DNA of 35,977 nucleotides, from positions 149,827,685 to 149,863,661 of the forward strand of contig NC_068981.1 in NCBI RefSeq assembly GCF_001194135.2. Reading direction: 5' to 3'. The notes under the pieces were generated by a model. It worked only from the letters and a program-made list of their open reading frames with translations, did no database searches and had not been told where the DNA came from. The position numbers and the translations under genes are program-made. Origin of the DNA: Octopus bimaculoides (lineage: Eukaryota). Position 1 is the stretch's first letter, and each line of letters opens with the position of its first letter. This document shows positions 1-11,490 of the stretch, piece after piece.

Positions 1-60
1 TATATATATATATATATATATATGAATATATATTCATGCACACACATGTGCACCCACACA
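1..60. repeat. (TA)n / (CA)n microsatellite
   Basis: Direct reading of the sequence. Confidence 0.9.
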
Positions 61-695
61 TATACTTATCCACCATTTATGCGATGTTATATTTGCTCAA
101 ATGTTTCTCTTCGTTCTTTCAGCCGCCCCTTTATCCACTTCTCATTCTTCTTGTTTACTTGAAATCATCTTTATAATAAAATTGTCTCATTTACTTTTAA
201 TATCTCTTAATCTCAATAACTATACATCCACTCATATTTGTAATTGCACGAAATCAATATTTCGGATAATTTTTGGATGTTTTTCTCTAGAATTTGAGAT
301 GTTTTCATCCTCTATTTGCTGTGCTTATTGGCTGGCGTTGTTTTAATGCCAGTAATTCGTCTGTATGAGTGGTATTAAAACGAAAGTTCATACGGATAAC
401 AAAGCTTCAAGTAGTTGATTGTTATTTAAAGTCATTCAAGTAAACCTGTTGCGGCCAATCGTATATCGAAGTAATTTGACATTAGCTAAGATCTTGTGAT
501 TTTCACCTTAAGATACACAAAAGATTCTCAATAATGTATTAATACTCATTGTTATATTGATACTAAACTACCGGAATTAGATTATCTTAAGTATCTTCAA
601 ACTTGCCATTTATCGGAATAAACCCAGAGTGTCTTTCGCTGACATGACACGGACAAAGTACTACTGAATTTATATCTTATTTCCCTTAATTCAAA

Positions 696-1610
696 TGTAT
701 GTATATATATATATATATATATNNNNNNNNNNNNNNNNNNNNNNNNNNNNNNNNNNNNNNNNNNNNNNNNNNNNNNNNNNNNNNNNNNNNNNNNNNNNNN
801 NNNNNNNNNNNNNNNNNNNNNNNNNNNNNNNNNNNNNNNNNNNNNNNNNNNNNNNNNNNNNNNNNNNNNNNNNNNNNNNNNNNNNNNNNNNNNNNNNNNN
901 NNNNNNNNNNNNNNNNNNNNNNNNNNNNNNNNNNNNNNNNNNNNNNNNNNNNNNNNNNNNNNNNNNNNNNNNNNNNNNNNNNNNNNNNNNNNNNNNNNNN
1001 NNNNNNNNNNNNNNNNNNNNNNNNNNNNNNNNNNNNNNNNNNNNNNNNNNNNNNNNNNNNNNNNNNNNNNNNNNNNNNNNNNNNNNNNNNNNNNNNNNNN
1101 NNNNNNNNNNNNNNNNNNNNNNNNNNNNNNNNNNNNNNNNNNNNNNNNNNNNNNNNNNNNNNNNNNNNNNNNNNNNNNNNNNNNNNNNNNNNNNNNNNNN
1201 NNNNNNNNNNNNNNNNNNNNNNNNNNNNNNNNNNNNNNNNNNNNNNNNNNNNNNNNNNNNNNNNNNNNNNNNNNNNNNNNNNNNNNNNNNNNNNNNNNNN
1301 NNNNNNNNNNNNNNNNNNNNNNNNNNNNNNNNNNNNNNNNNNNNNNNNNNNNNNNNNNNNNNNNNNNNNNNNNNNNNNNNNNNNNNNNNNNNNNNNNNNN
1401 NNNNNNNNNNNNNNNNNNNNNNNNNNNNNNNNNNNNNNNNNNNNNNNNNNNNNNNNNNNNNNNNNNNNNNNNNNNNNNNNNNNNNNNNNNNNNNNNNNNN
1501 NNNNNNNNNNNNNNNNNNNNNNNNNNNNNNNNNNNNNNNNNNNNNNNNNNNNNNNNNNNNNNNNNNNNNNNNNNNNNNNNNNNNNNNNATATATATATAT
1601 ATATATATAT
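696..1610. other. Assembly gap (N 723-1588) flanked on both sides by (TA)n
   Basis: N run bounded by TA dinucleotide arrays. The overlapping long ORFs in the track are artefacts. Confidence 0.97.
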
Positions 1611-1769
1611 AGGGAGAATTCACGAAAAAACAACAGACGACGACAGGTGGTGTAAACAATAAATGGATGTATTAGTATAACATAACGCTCGGGAATAGAG
1701 AAAGTCTTTAACGTTTCGAGCCTACGCTCTTCAACAGGAAGGAGCACAGAAAGAATCAAGGAGAGAAAA
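1611..1769 (-). mobile_element. Short non-autonomous repeat, family A copy 1 (probable Penelope-like pseudo-LTR derivative with hammerhead-like motif)
   Basis: The reverse complement aligns end-to-end with 16586-16757 (by eye roughly 80% identical, with a 31-nt identical core aagagcgtaggctcgaaacgttaaagacttt). Both copies end in ...ccctatatata, i.e. run into (TA)n. Confidence 0.75.
1706..1741 (-). ncRNA. Minimal type-I hammerhead ribozyme-like motif (variant core CUGUUGA)
   Basis: Minus strand reads cttc-CTGTTGA-A-GAGC-gtag-GCTC-GAAAC-GT-T-aaag. Stem II is 4 bp, helix III is the palindrome AACGTT, the triplet is GUU, and stem I has 3 bp plus a C-A mismatch next to the core. A6 is U. Confidence 0.5.
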
Positions 1770-1864
1770 GAATATGTGTATATTGGTCAGCGATCTATCA
1801 TGGCGAATGCCGGACAGATATATTGTTGTATTTGGGGATGGTCATGCTGCCAGTTTGGCCAATA

Positions 1865-1866
1865 AT

Positions 1867-1909
<43 letters not shown>

Positions 1910-2281
1910 CACATACACACACACACATACATATATACACATATATACATATATATTTACATATACTTTTATGCCTTCATTACTTTCAGACAGAAGGAAG
2001 GGCTTAAACTATCATATAAGCGTCATGCTTATATTTCTCTTTGTTTCTTGAATAATCGAAAGTTACTCGTCGCACCGCTAAATTACGACATACAAACAAT
2101 CAGTACTGTTTTCTAAGTGGTGTAAATTGAACAAGGACATGTGTGTTATTGCCTATGTATCTGTGGGTGCCTTTGTATTTCGCCTCACAACCACGTATTA
2201 ATATAGGCAAGTATTATTTACTATACAACCATGTAATCCTGTGACGAAATCTTATCTATCTATCTGTCTATCTATCTATTA

Positions 2282-2323
<42 letters not shown>

Positions 2324-2451
2324 TTATCTATCTATCTACTTTCCACCTTTCCTGAGCATTAAACTAATACATTCCATGTGTACGTCTTCTTGTTGTTCTG
2401 TTATTATATTTAATGTCTGGTTGTTTCTTCAAGTTTTAGTATTTGATATGA

Positions 2452-2503
<52 letters not shown>

Positions 2504-2779
2504 GCACATACACACACGCGCACATACACACATATAGCATGCTGAGAAATATCACGAACTTAGGAAGAGTTATATCATTTTACTTATGCAGCGGTTGTTG
2601 CTTAAATGTTGGGGACATCATAAATATCTAGGAAGCGTCTTAAAAATATTTCTTCACGACATATAGGCAAAACCACTCTAATTTACATTGATGCAACATA
2701 ACAATTCTTCATTTCGGAAGAGCATATTCTGTCTCCGTTTATATGCATTTATATGAGTGCGGCACCATGTGTGCTCGTA

Positions 2780-2818
<39 letters not shown>

Positions 2819-2895
2819 ATATGTATACATATACATTTATATATGCACACACACACATATATATATACATGCATATATATATATATATATATGGT
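1865..2895. repeat. Cluster of microsatellites: (CA)n/(TA)n 1865-1965, (CTAT)n 2254-2338, (CA)n 2453-2535, (TA)n/(CA)n 2778-2895
   Basis: Direct reading. Confidence 0.9.
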
Positions 2896-5145
2896 ATATT
2901 TAGATATTATATTTTACATACATACTTAGATACACTCGTTATATACAATATTAAACATAAATTATGCCACACTATATTTTAGTATTCGACATTAGTTTTG
3001 AAAAACATCCGACGTTTTACAGCATATGGAAACAATATTACCTTGGATTCTCTCATTTCACATTCAAGGGAGTTCTTGTCGTTTTTTTAATAATCCCATT
3101 AGCAATTATGATCTACTGAAATTCTTCGTAAACTTAAAATATGTGTTTTACCATCCTTCTGGATAACTTATATGTAATCTGTTCCTATTCCATACGTTTA
3201 ATTCAGTGTTGTCATTATATTCCCAATTTGATCTTAATTAAAAGTCTTTTGCAGATAATTTTCAACTTAGAGTGCACACGACACACGAGAAAGTATTTAA
3301 CACAATTTGTATTTCCATTTCCATTTTCTAGTATTTAGTTATATGATTAAGCAATCAAATTTCATCCTATACTAATTTAGGCTAACCTATTTGCATTTTA
3401 TAATTTACGTTCTTATTTTCCTCGCGTTACCTTATTTTCTGGATATTTGCTATTTGCCATTTAATCATGGGGCATTACTACACAAATTTTTTAACTGCAT
3501 GAAATAACTTTTTAATTACTTTATTTGCATTTAGAAACTATTTTAACGACATTCTCTGAGGATATAAATACCTCCTATATCATTTAGAGTGATTATTGAT
3601 CGAATAACCAAAATGTAATATCAGTATGATAAACGATCAGAATTGCTAATGACTTTAATAATTAACGGAATATATTATGTTTACTGTTATTCTGTAACTG
3701 TAAATGCATTTACTCCGTAAAATTAGTAAATTGACTCGCACCAATGAAAAATGATCTACATAGTTATTCGATTTGCCAAAAGTATCAGTGAAATCTCCAA
3801 GAAAATCACTCTCTTAAGCTGACATGATTGGTGCATAAATGAAACTAAATAGCGTTTGAACTGAGAGATCCATAGAAGTGATTAGTTGAATGAAAGTTCT
3901 ATATGAAAGTCTACAAAATAAAGTGAAAAATTATGTACATGCAGTGTATTGTAATTTAAAACAAATATTTAAAAGTTACTAATGCCTTCAATTATATAAA
4001 GCAGAAACCGTAAATATGATATACGTGTCATTATTCTTGTTGTTTAGTCAAAGTATTTTGCATTTCTCAAAATTCACTTTATCTTGCTCGCGTGCAAGTA
4101 TGTTACCTTTGGTGAAGAGGCAAATATTGGAGATGAAAATCAAAAGTTCAAAATTTAAGATTTCCTCAACTTATACTTTATTACGAAGAAATATAATGTA
4201 ATATGGCTGCACAGGAAAAAGAAAGAACTGCAAAAATAGAAAAGTATAGAAAATAATGTATTTATAATGTTACCATAGTTTCAAGTGATATTAAAACTAC
4301 TAAGTACGATATGAGAATTTTCGACATGGAATGAAACTAAACTGGTCATAGAGATCTCAGCTTAAATTTTGATATTAAGTAAATCCTTGATTTCCATTGA
4401 GAGGCAGTTGCGCATTGATACATGATTTTTTTCCGCATTTTATAAAGAGAATAAAGATAATAGCTGAATGTATTCAGGAATTACTCATGCTTTGCTCATA
4501 CAGACATCTGGAAGTGTCAGTTATAGGTTGATGATCACAAAAAGCTATGTCATTTTCAGACAATTACTAAACGCTTAACTCGATATAATAGAAATCAAAA
4601 ACAGGCGTGCTTTAAATATTTGTTCGTCCTTTGCCGGAATTTAAGAAAATTTCATTTCTTTCTGCATTCGTATAATACTTTAAACCCAAATAGTTTGAGT
4701 TCGCAACCAGTTTTGGCTAATTTCAATTAATAAAAAATAGAGAAAAATACATAAAATTAACTAAAATTCAAATGCTTCTATAAATCAATATCGAATCGTT
4801 GTCTTATTTGTAAATGTTCATTACTCACAACTTCAGTTTTAATTTGAGCTAATTATTTCTAAACAAAAAATATCTCTGCATTTTTATTAACGCGCAATTA
4901 ATGGAAAGCGGTAATTACTAGAAATCTATTCGTTAAGAATTCAAAATGGTATAATATAACGCTTCAATAAGCACCCTTGATGTAAAGTTACTATTTAATC
5001 TTTACTTTTATGAAGACTGTTTGCAGTGAATACTGCTATACCCTTTTCAAACTTCCTGTTACTTATCAGTACTATTGTTTCAACACAGCGAAGAACAAAT
5101 TGAATAATCGCCTACAATGTATTTAAAATCAGAAAACAGAAACGG

Positions 5146-5921
5146 TGAAAGCGAAAGCTTAAAAAACCTCCAATCCTACGATAAATACACACATGAGCAG
5201 CGCAGTGAACACTTCAAAAAAATAGGCCTACCTTCAGGATGGAATTTGAAGATAGTTTAAATACTTCAATATCAACTGATTTCAGGCTGTGCATGAGAAA
5301 ACATGCTTTGCAATCTTCAGTTGGTGATAGCAATATCTATTTCCAAAATATTCCCTACGTCAACTCGTGTGCGTTTCGAACTTTAAACGTCCCGCTACGT
5401 TTAAAGAGAAAACTATCGTAAACAATAAAAAAACAACTGTATGAAAGCATTATTCCTGTTAAAAACAGTAATTACCAAGACTTCTACCTTAATAGATATA
5501 ATATTAAATATTTGAATAAAAGAAGGATAAAAATACCGCTTGCCAAAGATGAAAGCGAAAGCTTTAAAAAAACCCACCAATCCTACGATCAATACACACT
5601 CGAGCAACGCAATGAACACTGAAGATTGCAAAGCAATGTTTTCTCATGCACAGCATGAAATCAATTGATATTGGGGTTTGTAAACTATCTTCAAACTCCA
5701 TCCTGAAGGTAGGTCCATTTTCTGAAGTGTTCATTGCGTTGCTCGTGTGTGTATTTATCGTAGGATTAGTGGTATTTTAAAGCTTCCGCTTTCATATCTG
5801 GTGAGCAGTATTTTTACCCTTCTTTCATTAAAATATTTCATACTATACCTATTAAGGTACGAGTCTTGCTAACCAGCTCATTATTACTGTTTTTAACAGT
5901 TATAATGCTTTCATATAGTTG

Positions 5922-5926
<5 letters not shown>
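5146..5926. repeat. Nested inverted repeats (inverted triplication)
   Basis: 5146-5321 is the reverse complement of 5618-5794. 5430-5620 is the reverse complement of 5726-5926, with one ~13-nt indel. The ~75-bp unit tgaaagcgaaagct...gaacact is present three times (two forward, one reverse). Confidence 0.9.
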
Positions 5927-5956
<30 letters not shown>

Positions 5957-6130
5957 TTTATATATATAGATATATAAATATATACATACATNNNNNNNNN
6001 NNNNNNNNNNNNNNNNNNNNNNNNNNNNNNNNNNNNNNNNNNNNNNNNNNNNNNNNNNNNNNNNNNNNNNNNNNNNNNNNNNNNNNNNNNNNNNNNNNNN
6101 NNNGAGAGAGAGAGAGAGAGAGAGATAGAC

Positions 6131-6165
<35 letters not shown>
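5927..6165. repeat. (TA)n, N-gap 5992-6103, then (GA)n(GATA)n
   Basis: Direct reading. Confidence 0.95.
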
Positions 6166-6168
<3 letters not shown>

Positions 6169-6989
6169 AAACGTAGGTGTATACTCCCCACCTCTGTGAT
6201 ATAATCATATGATGTACACTTGATATCACCAAGAGCTAATTACTAGACAAGGTAAATATTCATCTCGCGATAAAAATTGCAATACAGGCAACAGACTCTA
6301 TTATCCTTTGTAACATTAAACTATCTAATATATTCATATTCTTGGTAAAATATTTGGTTCACTGTCATGTAAATATTTGATCAATGCATTAGAAAAGATT
6401 TCGATGATATTTTATTATTTCTTTCTTTAAAGATGTTTTATTGGTAGCTCAAATATTTATAGATGTTGATTATGTAGAGATTTCATTCTATAATCCAAAC
6501 ACTGAGTTTTTCACATTGGTCGATATTGGCTGACATGTGTCGGCTTAGTAGCATAATCGTAAAATGTAGAAAGTTGGCAGCGATGTATAATGACTTGTAA
6601 GAAAAAAATATAGTACGCTGTTGAATTTTATTTGTCTTTTTATTATTTTGTCTTAACAAATTTCTTGGACAATTTCAATCCATTAATTATCAGATTTATT
6701 CTTAAGTTATATACCACTAATCTTCCTGGTATCCTACCTTAATAATTTAAAGTAGTTAATCTTTTTAACAGGATGTATGCACAAGCAAACCATTCATATA
6801 ATTAAATTCTTTGGATTAGGTACATGCTAATCTTGTTTGGGAATGATGTGCTGTTCCTAATAATATCAATTATGTTCTATCTGTTTTACCCCTCGCTGTC
6901 TGAAAGAAAATACATACACATACACACAAGTCCAGTTGGCAACGGTGTATACGTTCATATGCTATGGATACGAGTAGGACTAAGATGTG

Positions 6990-8430
6990 TGTGGTGGCGG
7001 CTGAGAAAAGAAGGAGTGTAATGAGGTAGATGTGTGCAGTTTTGTAGCTGCCAGCGAGAAGGCAGGTGAGAAAGTGAAAGTCAGATGAAGTGATGGTAGG
7101 AATTTAAACTAAATGGGGTGATACAGGTTTGGAGGACAAGCTTCTGACAGATGGCTGTCGAGTGAAGTAGATGGAAAAGCAAAAATGTCGTGCAACAACT
7201 CACCAGTTTCTGAGTCGAATGTGTCAATGTGGTCCGTGATTCTATCGGACAATCAGCGACCTGTTTGCTTTATGTAGGATATATCGTAGATGGAAAACAT
7301 ACGCGCAGCTCGTAGATACGATTAATAGAGGTATAACTGAAAGACGTTCTAACGTGGACGTTACAATATTGGTGGTTTGAGGAAAGTTATTGTTTAGAAA
7401 GGTAAGCGCAAAAGCAAAGGCGAAATCATGTGATGGAAACGAGAGGCACGGGGGGGGGGATTATTCTTTACTTGATGGAAAAAGAGAATGAGTTGTTTGT
7501 GGCGAATGAGTTACGACGCAGTAAAGGATGCAGGTGTATTTAAAGGATGGAAGGTGTTAGAGAGGAAAAGCGTGAAATGATAGTGTTGGACTGGAGGCGA
7601 TAGAGAAGATGAAGCATAGCTTGATAGAGAGGGTATAGAACATCTTTGTAGAGATAGTGTGGGGTTGGCAGTCGGACTTGAGTATTAAAGCGTAAGTGAG
7701 GTCGATAACACAAAAGTCTGGAAAGACAGCATGGATAATTGTGAAAGGATAACTATGGTTTATAAAAGAAACATCTTGCATATAGCTTGAATTTTAAAAT
7801 CTAAGTTGTGGCTACAATGATTGTCGGGATAGGGGATTTCGAAGTAGGAGACAGTGAGTTTCGAGTAGCTGTTATGGGAGAAAAGAAAACCATGACAGCA
7901 ATAGGAATCAGTAGATTACAGAAAATGGTGTCGGTGGTGGTAGGGCAGTGAACAATATTGTCTTTGGAGAGAGATTACTGATATTCGCTGGTTAGGCATA
8001 TGGTGCCGCAATGATTGTCTTCGTTGGGACACTATAGGTTGAGGATAAGACCAGTCAATAGAGGAATGATTTGGTATTCATCGTGCCAGCGAATAGATTA
8101 GAGTAGTTCATGTATATGTCCATGTTCGACCCTCAATCTGTTGATAGATCTCATAGAGGAAGTGAAATAATTCAGAGGCAGATCGAGTTCAGCCGCGTAT
8201 GTTGAGGTATTACAATAATGTGTGAGAAGCAGACCGAGGAAAGAACGCAGGGTGCGGAGGACATAGTCAAAATGGATATCGGTATACGTAGAAGTGATGC
8301 GCAATAGGAAAAAGGGTGGAGGAGCATGAAAAACAAGAAGCTTGGATATGCGAACAGGTTCTATTAGTGCGAGGAGAATATCATTGTGGCAGAGATAACC
8401 TGAAGGGTGGAGATGTTATTTACAAATTCT
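6990..8430 (-). mobile_element. Heavily decayed Penelope-like retroelement (RT C-terminal half + GIY-YIG endonuclease)
   Basis: Minus-strand translation across frameshifts gives ITSTYTDIH (RT motif A, SLYTxIPH), AELDLPLNYF then YQQIEG and NYSNLFAG (motif B region) and FINHSYPFTIIHA (FxxRGYP). It continues with FSYTSINRIYELR (TCTSxNLIYCI), SDRITDHI (LxxRFxEH) and ends LVLQTCITPFSLNSYHHFI* (LIFxLGTLxPxGLN). The order is collinear with a PLE ORF and the stretch has a purine-rich, GC-richer plus strand. Confidence 0.75.
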
Positions 8431-8860
8431 GCGGCATGCTTCTTGACCTATTGTGTTTCTGAACTACGTTATGTTTGTCTCATATTGTTCTGCGGTCCTT
8501 TCGTCTGGACTGCCAACTGTTTGTGGTGTGCCGACGTTTACATTTAAAGCATATCTTTTGTACTTGGCATTCATACTTATTCATTTCTCTGTAAGTTGGT
8601 TGTATTTGGAAAGTATTTCCTTAAATGAATATGATTTACATATTTGTGAAAAGGACCTTCTACCTATCTTCTACTGTTTGGATTTTTATTGTCAAGAATT
8701 TGGGATAACATTTTCTAGTAGTATAAACTAAAACAACGACAAAAACAGGAATAATTAGTCACAATTGATAGTCACTAGACACATTAATATGATATTCCTA
8801 AATTATAGCAATATCGTTCTCAACACAGTTTCAGGTTTCAGATCGAAATCTTTATTGCAA

Positions 8861-9014
8861 AGGTGGCTGTGTGGTAAGTAGCTTGCTAACAAACCAGATG
8901 GTTCCGAGTTCAGTCCCACTGCGTCGCAGCTTGGGCAAATGTCTTCTACTATAGCCTCGAGCCGACCAAAGCCTTGTGAGTAGATTTGGTAGACAAACTG
9001 AAAGAAGCCCGTCG

Positions 9015-9063
<49 letters not shown>

Positions 9064-9289
9064 GTATGTGTGTATGTGTTTGTGTGTCTGTTTGTGTGTC
9101 TGTTTTTGTCCCCCCCCATCGCTTGACAACCGATGCTGGTGTATTTACGTCCCCGTAACTTAGCGGTTGGGCAAAAGAGACCGATAGAATAAGTACTAGA
9201 CTTACAAAGAATAAGTCCTGGGGTCGATTTGCTCGACTAAAGGCGGCGCTCCACAGTCAAATGACTGAAACAAGTAAAACAGTAAAAGA
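8861..9289 (+). mobile_element. tRNA-derived SINE (family B) with internal (TA)n(TG)n microsatellite
   Basis: Pol III A box tggctgtgtgg (8864-8874) and B-box-like gagttcagtcc (8906-8916). The body is interrupted by a microsatellite at ~9015-9105. The 3' module ending ...gactgaaacaagtaaaa recurs at 22588-22760 and 18123-18176. Confidence 0.8.
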
Positions 9290-9292
9290 GTA

Positions 9293-10470
9293 CACAAACA
9301 CACACAAACACACACACACACTCACACACGCACACACACACACACACATACACACACACATACACGCACACACAAACACACACATAAATACACTCACACG
9401 CACATGTATGTGTATAAATGTTTGTGACGAAAATTTTGATGTTACTGCGATGTACATAAGTATGTATTCTTATGTATGTTTCTACATATTGCATATTTCA
9501 CCATCTTGCCGATATGCATGAAGTACGTTGATTTAAATGTAAAAGAGTGATAATCAATATATTTTCTATATATCCTTTCATTTCAAGTGTTAATACAGTT
9601 TGATCAATTACCCAATATCAATTTGGTCATGAAAAACTATCTTAAATTTAAGCAAAATGCTTTCAATAGTAAACTAGAATTGTAAATACAAAATGCAGCG
9701 ATAAGTTTTTGAATTGAAAGATTCATCTCATATTCATATCAAAGAAATACACAAAGGCAAAACAGTCATTTCTATTTGAATTTCAATAGAGACAGTTAAA
9801 TTTCATATGTGGTTTCCAGTTGGAAAACATGGCTGCACACTGACACGTTAGATATCCTTATAAACAGCATAACAAATGTATTAACGTGTATCTCATTAAC
9901 TTCTTGCTTCGAGTTCATTTCTATTAGCATGCAATTGAATATGCAAGATATTCTATTCGATTAACTGAGACGATGGCAATATGATATCATCGGTAATTAG
10001 ATGTTGTACTCTACTTCAGTAGTTGATACGATTGGCAGCCGGACTCCAAGGGAATAACGACAATGCCCGGAGTCTCGTTATGATCACGTTACCATCAGAT
10101 TATAGTCAAACGACAATTTAAGCTCGTTTCAACATACAAACATAAAAATACATGACATAAATTTTATCTATACTCTGAGACATATACGAATAAATACTAA
10201 CACACATATTTTTGTACATACATACACATATATATTTGCATATATATGTATATATATATATACACATGTACCTACGTACATACTTACATCCGCCCACTCG
10301 CTCTCTTTTTCCCTTGCTTTCTCTCCATATACATGTGTGTGTACGTGTATTTGTATATGTGTGTGTATGTGTGTGTGAGTGCATGCGTGCATGTGTGTGT
10401 CTGTGTACGTATACACATAAATACACACATACTCATATATATGCACAGCAGATACACACACACACATCCA
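9293..10470. repeat. (CA)n array 9293-9410 and mixed (TA)/(CA)/(TG) array 10195-10470
   Basis: Direct reading. Source of the HTHTH/YIYIY ORFs. Confidence 0.9.
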
Positions 10471-10849
10471 TGTTTGCAAAAAGTCCATTGTCTAGCATTT
10501 AGTAAGTCAATTACAAATATCTATCGACAATCTTTGTCACATATTAACATAAATGCAAACAGGCATAACATTTATTATTTCTTTTTTTCTTTCCTTATTT
10601 TTTTTTCTTTCCTTATTTTTTTTTTTTCTCAAGCGGTTAACCTATTTTACTTTTCAAAATTCTGTCATCGTTGTTTTCGTCGTGTATGAATGAGTTAAGT
10701 AGTTGCTAATTTCTCACTTCTCCATAATTTCTCCTCTTTCTTAAATTCATGTAATTATTTATTTATGTGGGCGTTTATCCAACTAATATTAAACCGGCTG
10801 ATCTCGAACTGACTACAACTATTAATCACAGACGTCTCTTGCAATGATG

Positions 10850-11384
10850 GTTCATTGTTGAAGAATGCAACTTCGGACACAATATATGCAATAACCAGAT
10901 ATTGATCCAAGACCCGTCTTCATCATACCCATCTGTATGACCCCTGTAATAGAATATGCACTATTCCGATTTAGAATATGTTAAGTTGCGTTTTCTATTT
11001 TTATTAAAATGTTTTTCCTGTATTCCTTCTATTTAAGGTTGATGCGCGTTATGTTCTGCTGTGTCATCGGTACAGCCATTCCTCTCGCGTTATTAACATT
11101 ATAAACCCTTTGGAAAGAATGTGAATTGTTTCCAGGTTAATCGCATGGTGGATGTTTCGGAGCTACCGCTAATAACATAGGCTAATATCTTCCACATTTG
11201 TTCGGCACGCTTCCGTTGGATGTATCCTAAATTGTCAACTGTCCTTGCAAATGTTATTTGGTAACTTGTGGACATGGAATTGCCTTTAACTTTCTATTGG
11301 TGGGTTATGTTTATTAGCAATAAATGATTGGTGGTTCCTCGATTTGAATGCTGCTACCTTAAGCCTATAAACATAGCCAATACC

Positions 11385-11434
<50 letters not shown>

Positions 11435-11454
11435 AAGAAAGAGAAAAAGAAATA

Positions 11455-11490
<36 letters not shown>

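Noticed and set aside
686-1759. Long ORFs spanning N runs (also at 5866-6232, 16895-17245, 18101-18799)
   Set aside because: They are open only because N codons contain no stops.
1774-2982. HTHTH / YIYIY / CVCVC ORFs here and throughout the window
   Set aside because: Translations of dinucleotide microsatellites with no coding signal.
5260-5321. CTGAAGA ... GAAATC(A/G)TTGAT in unit B (minus strand here, plus strand at 5619-5670), hammerhead-like with a palindromic helix III
   Set aside because: There is no G10.1-C11.1 pair or coherent stem II between the cores, and stem I pairs only if the two copies are mixed.
10042-10074. gactcc...ggagtc hairpin with inner ggg/ccc
   Set aside because: Short, single-copy and matching no motif I know (no SECIS quartet, no Helitron CTRR end). 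Compatible with chance.
11150-11175. Minus-strand gcggtagctccgaaac resembling the family A stem II and GAAAC
   Set aside because: No CUGANGA-like core and no GUH. It lies inside the presumed coding relic.
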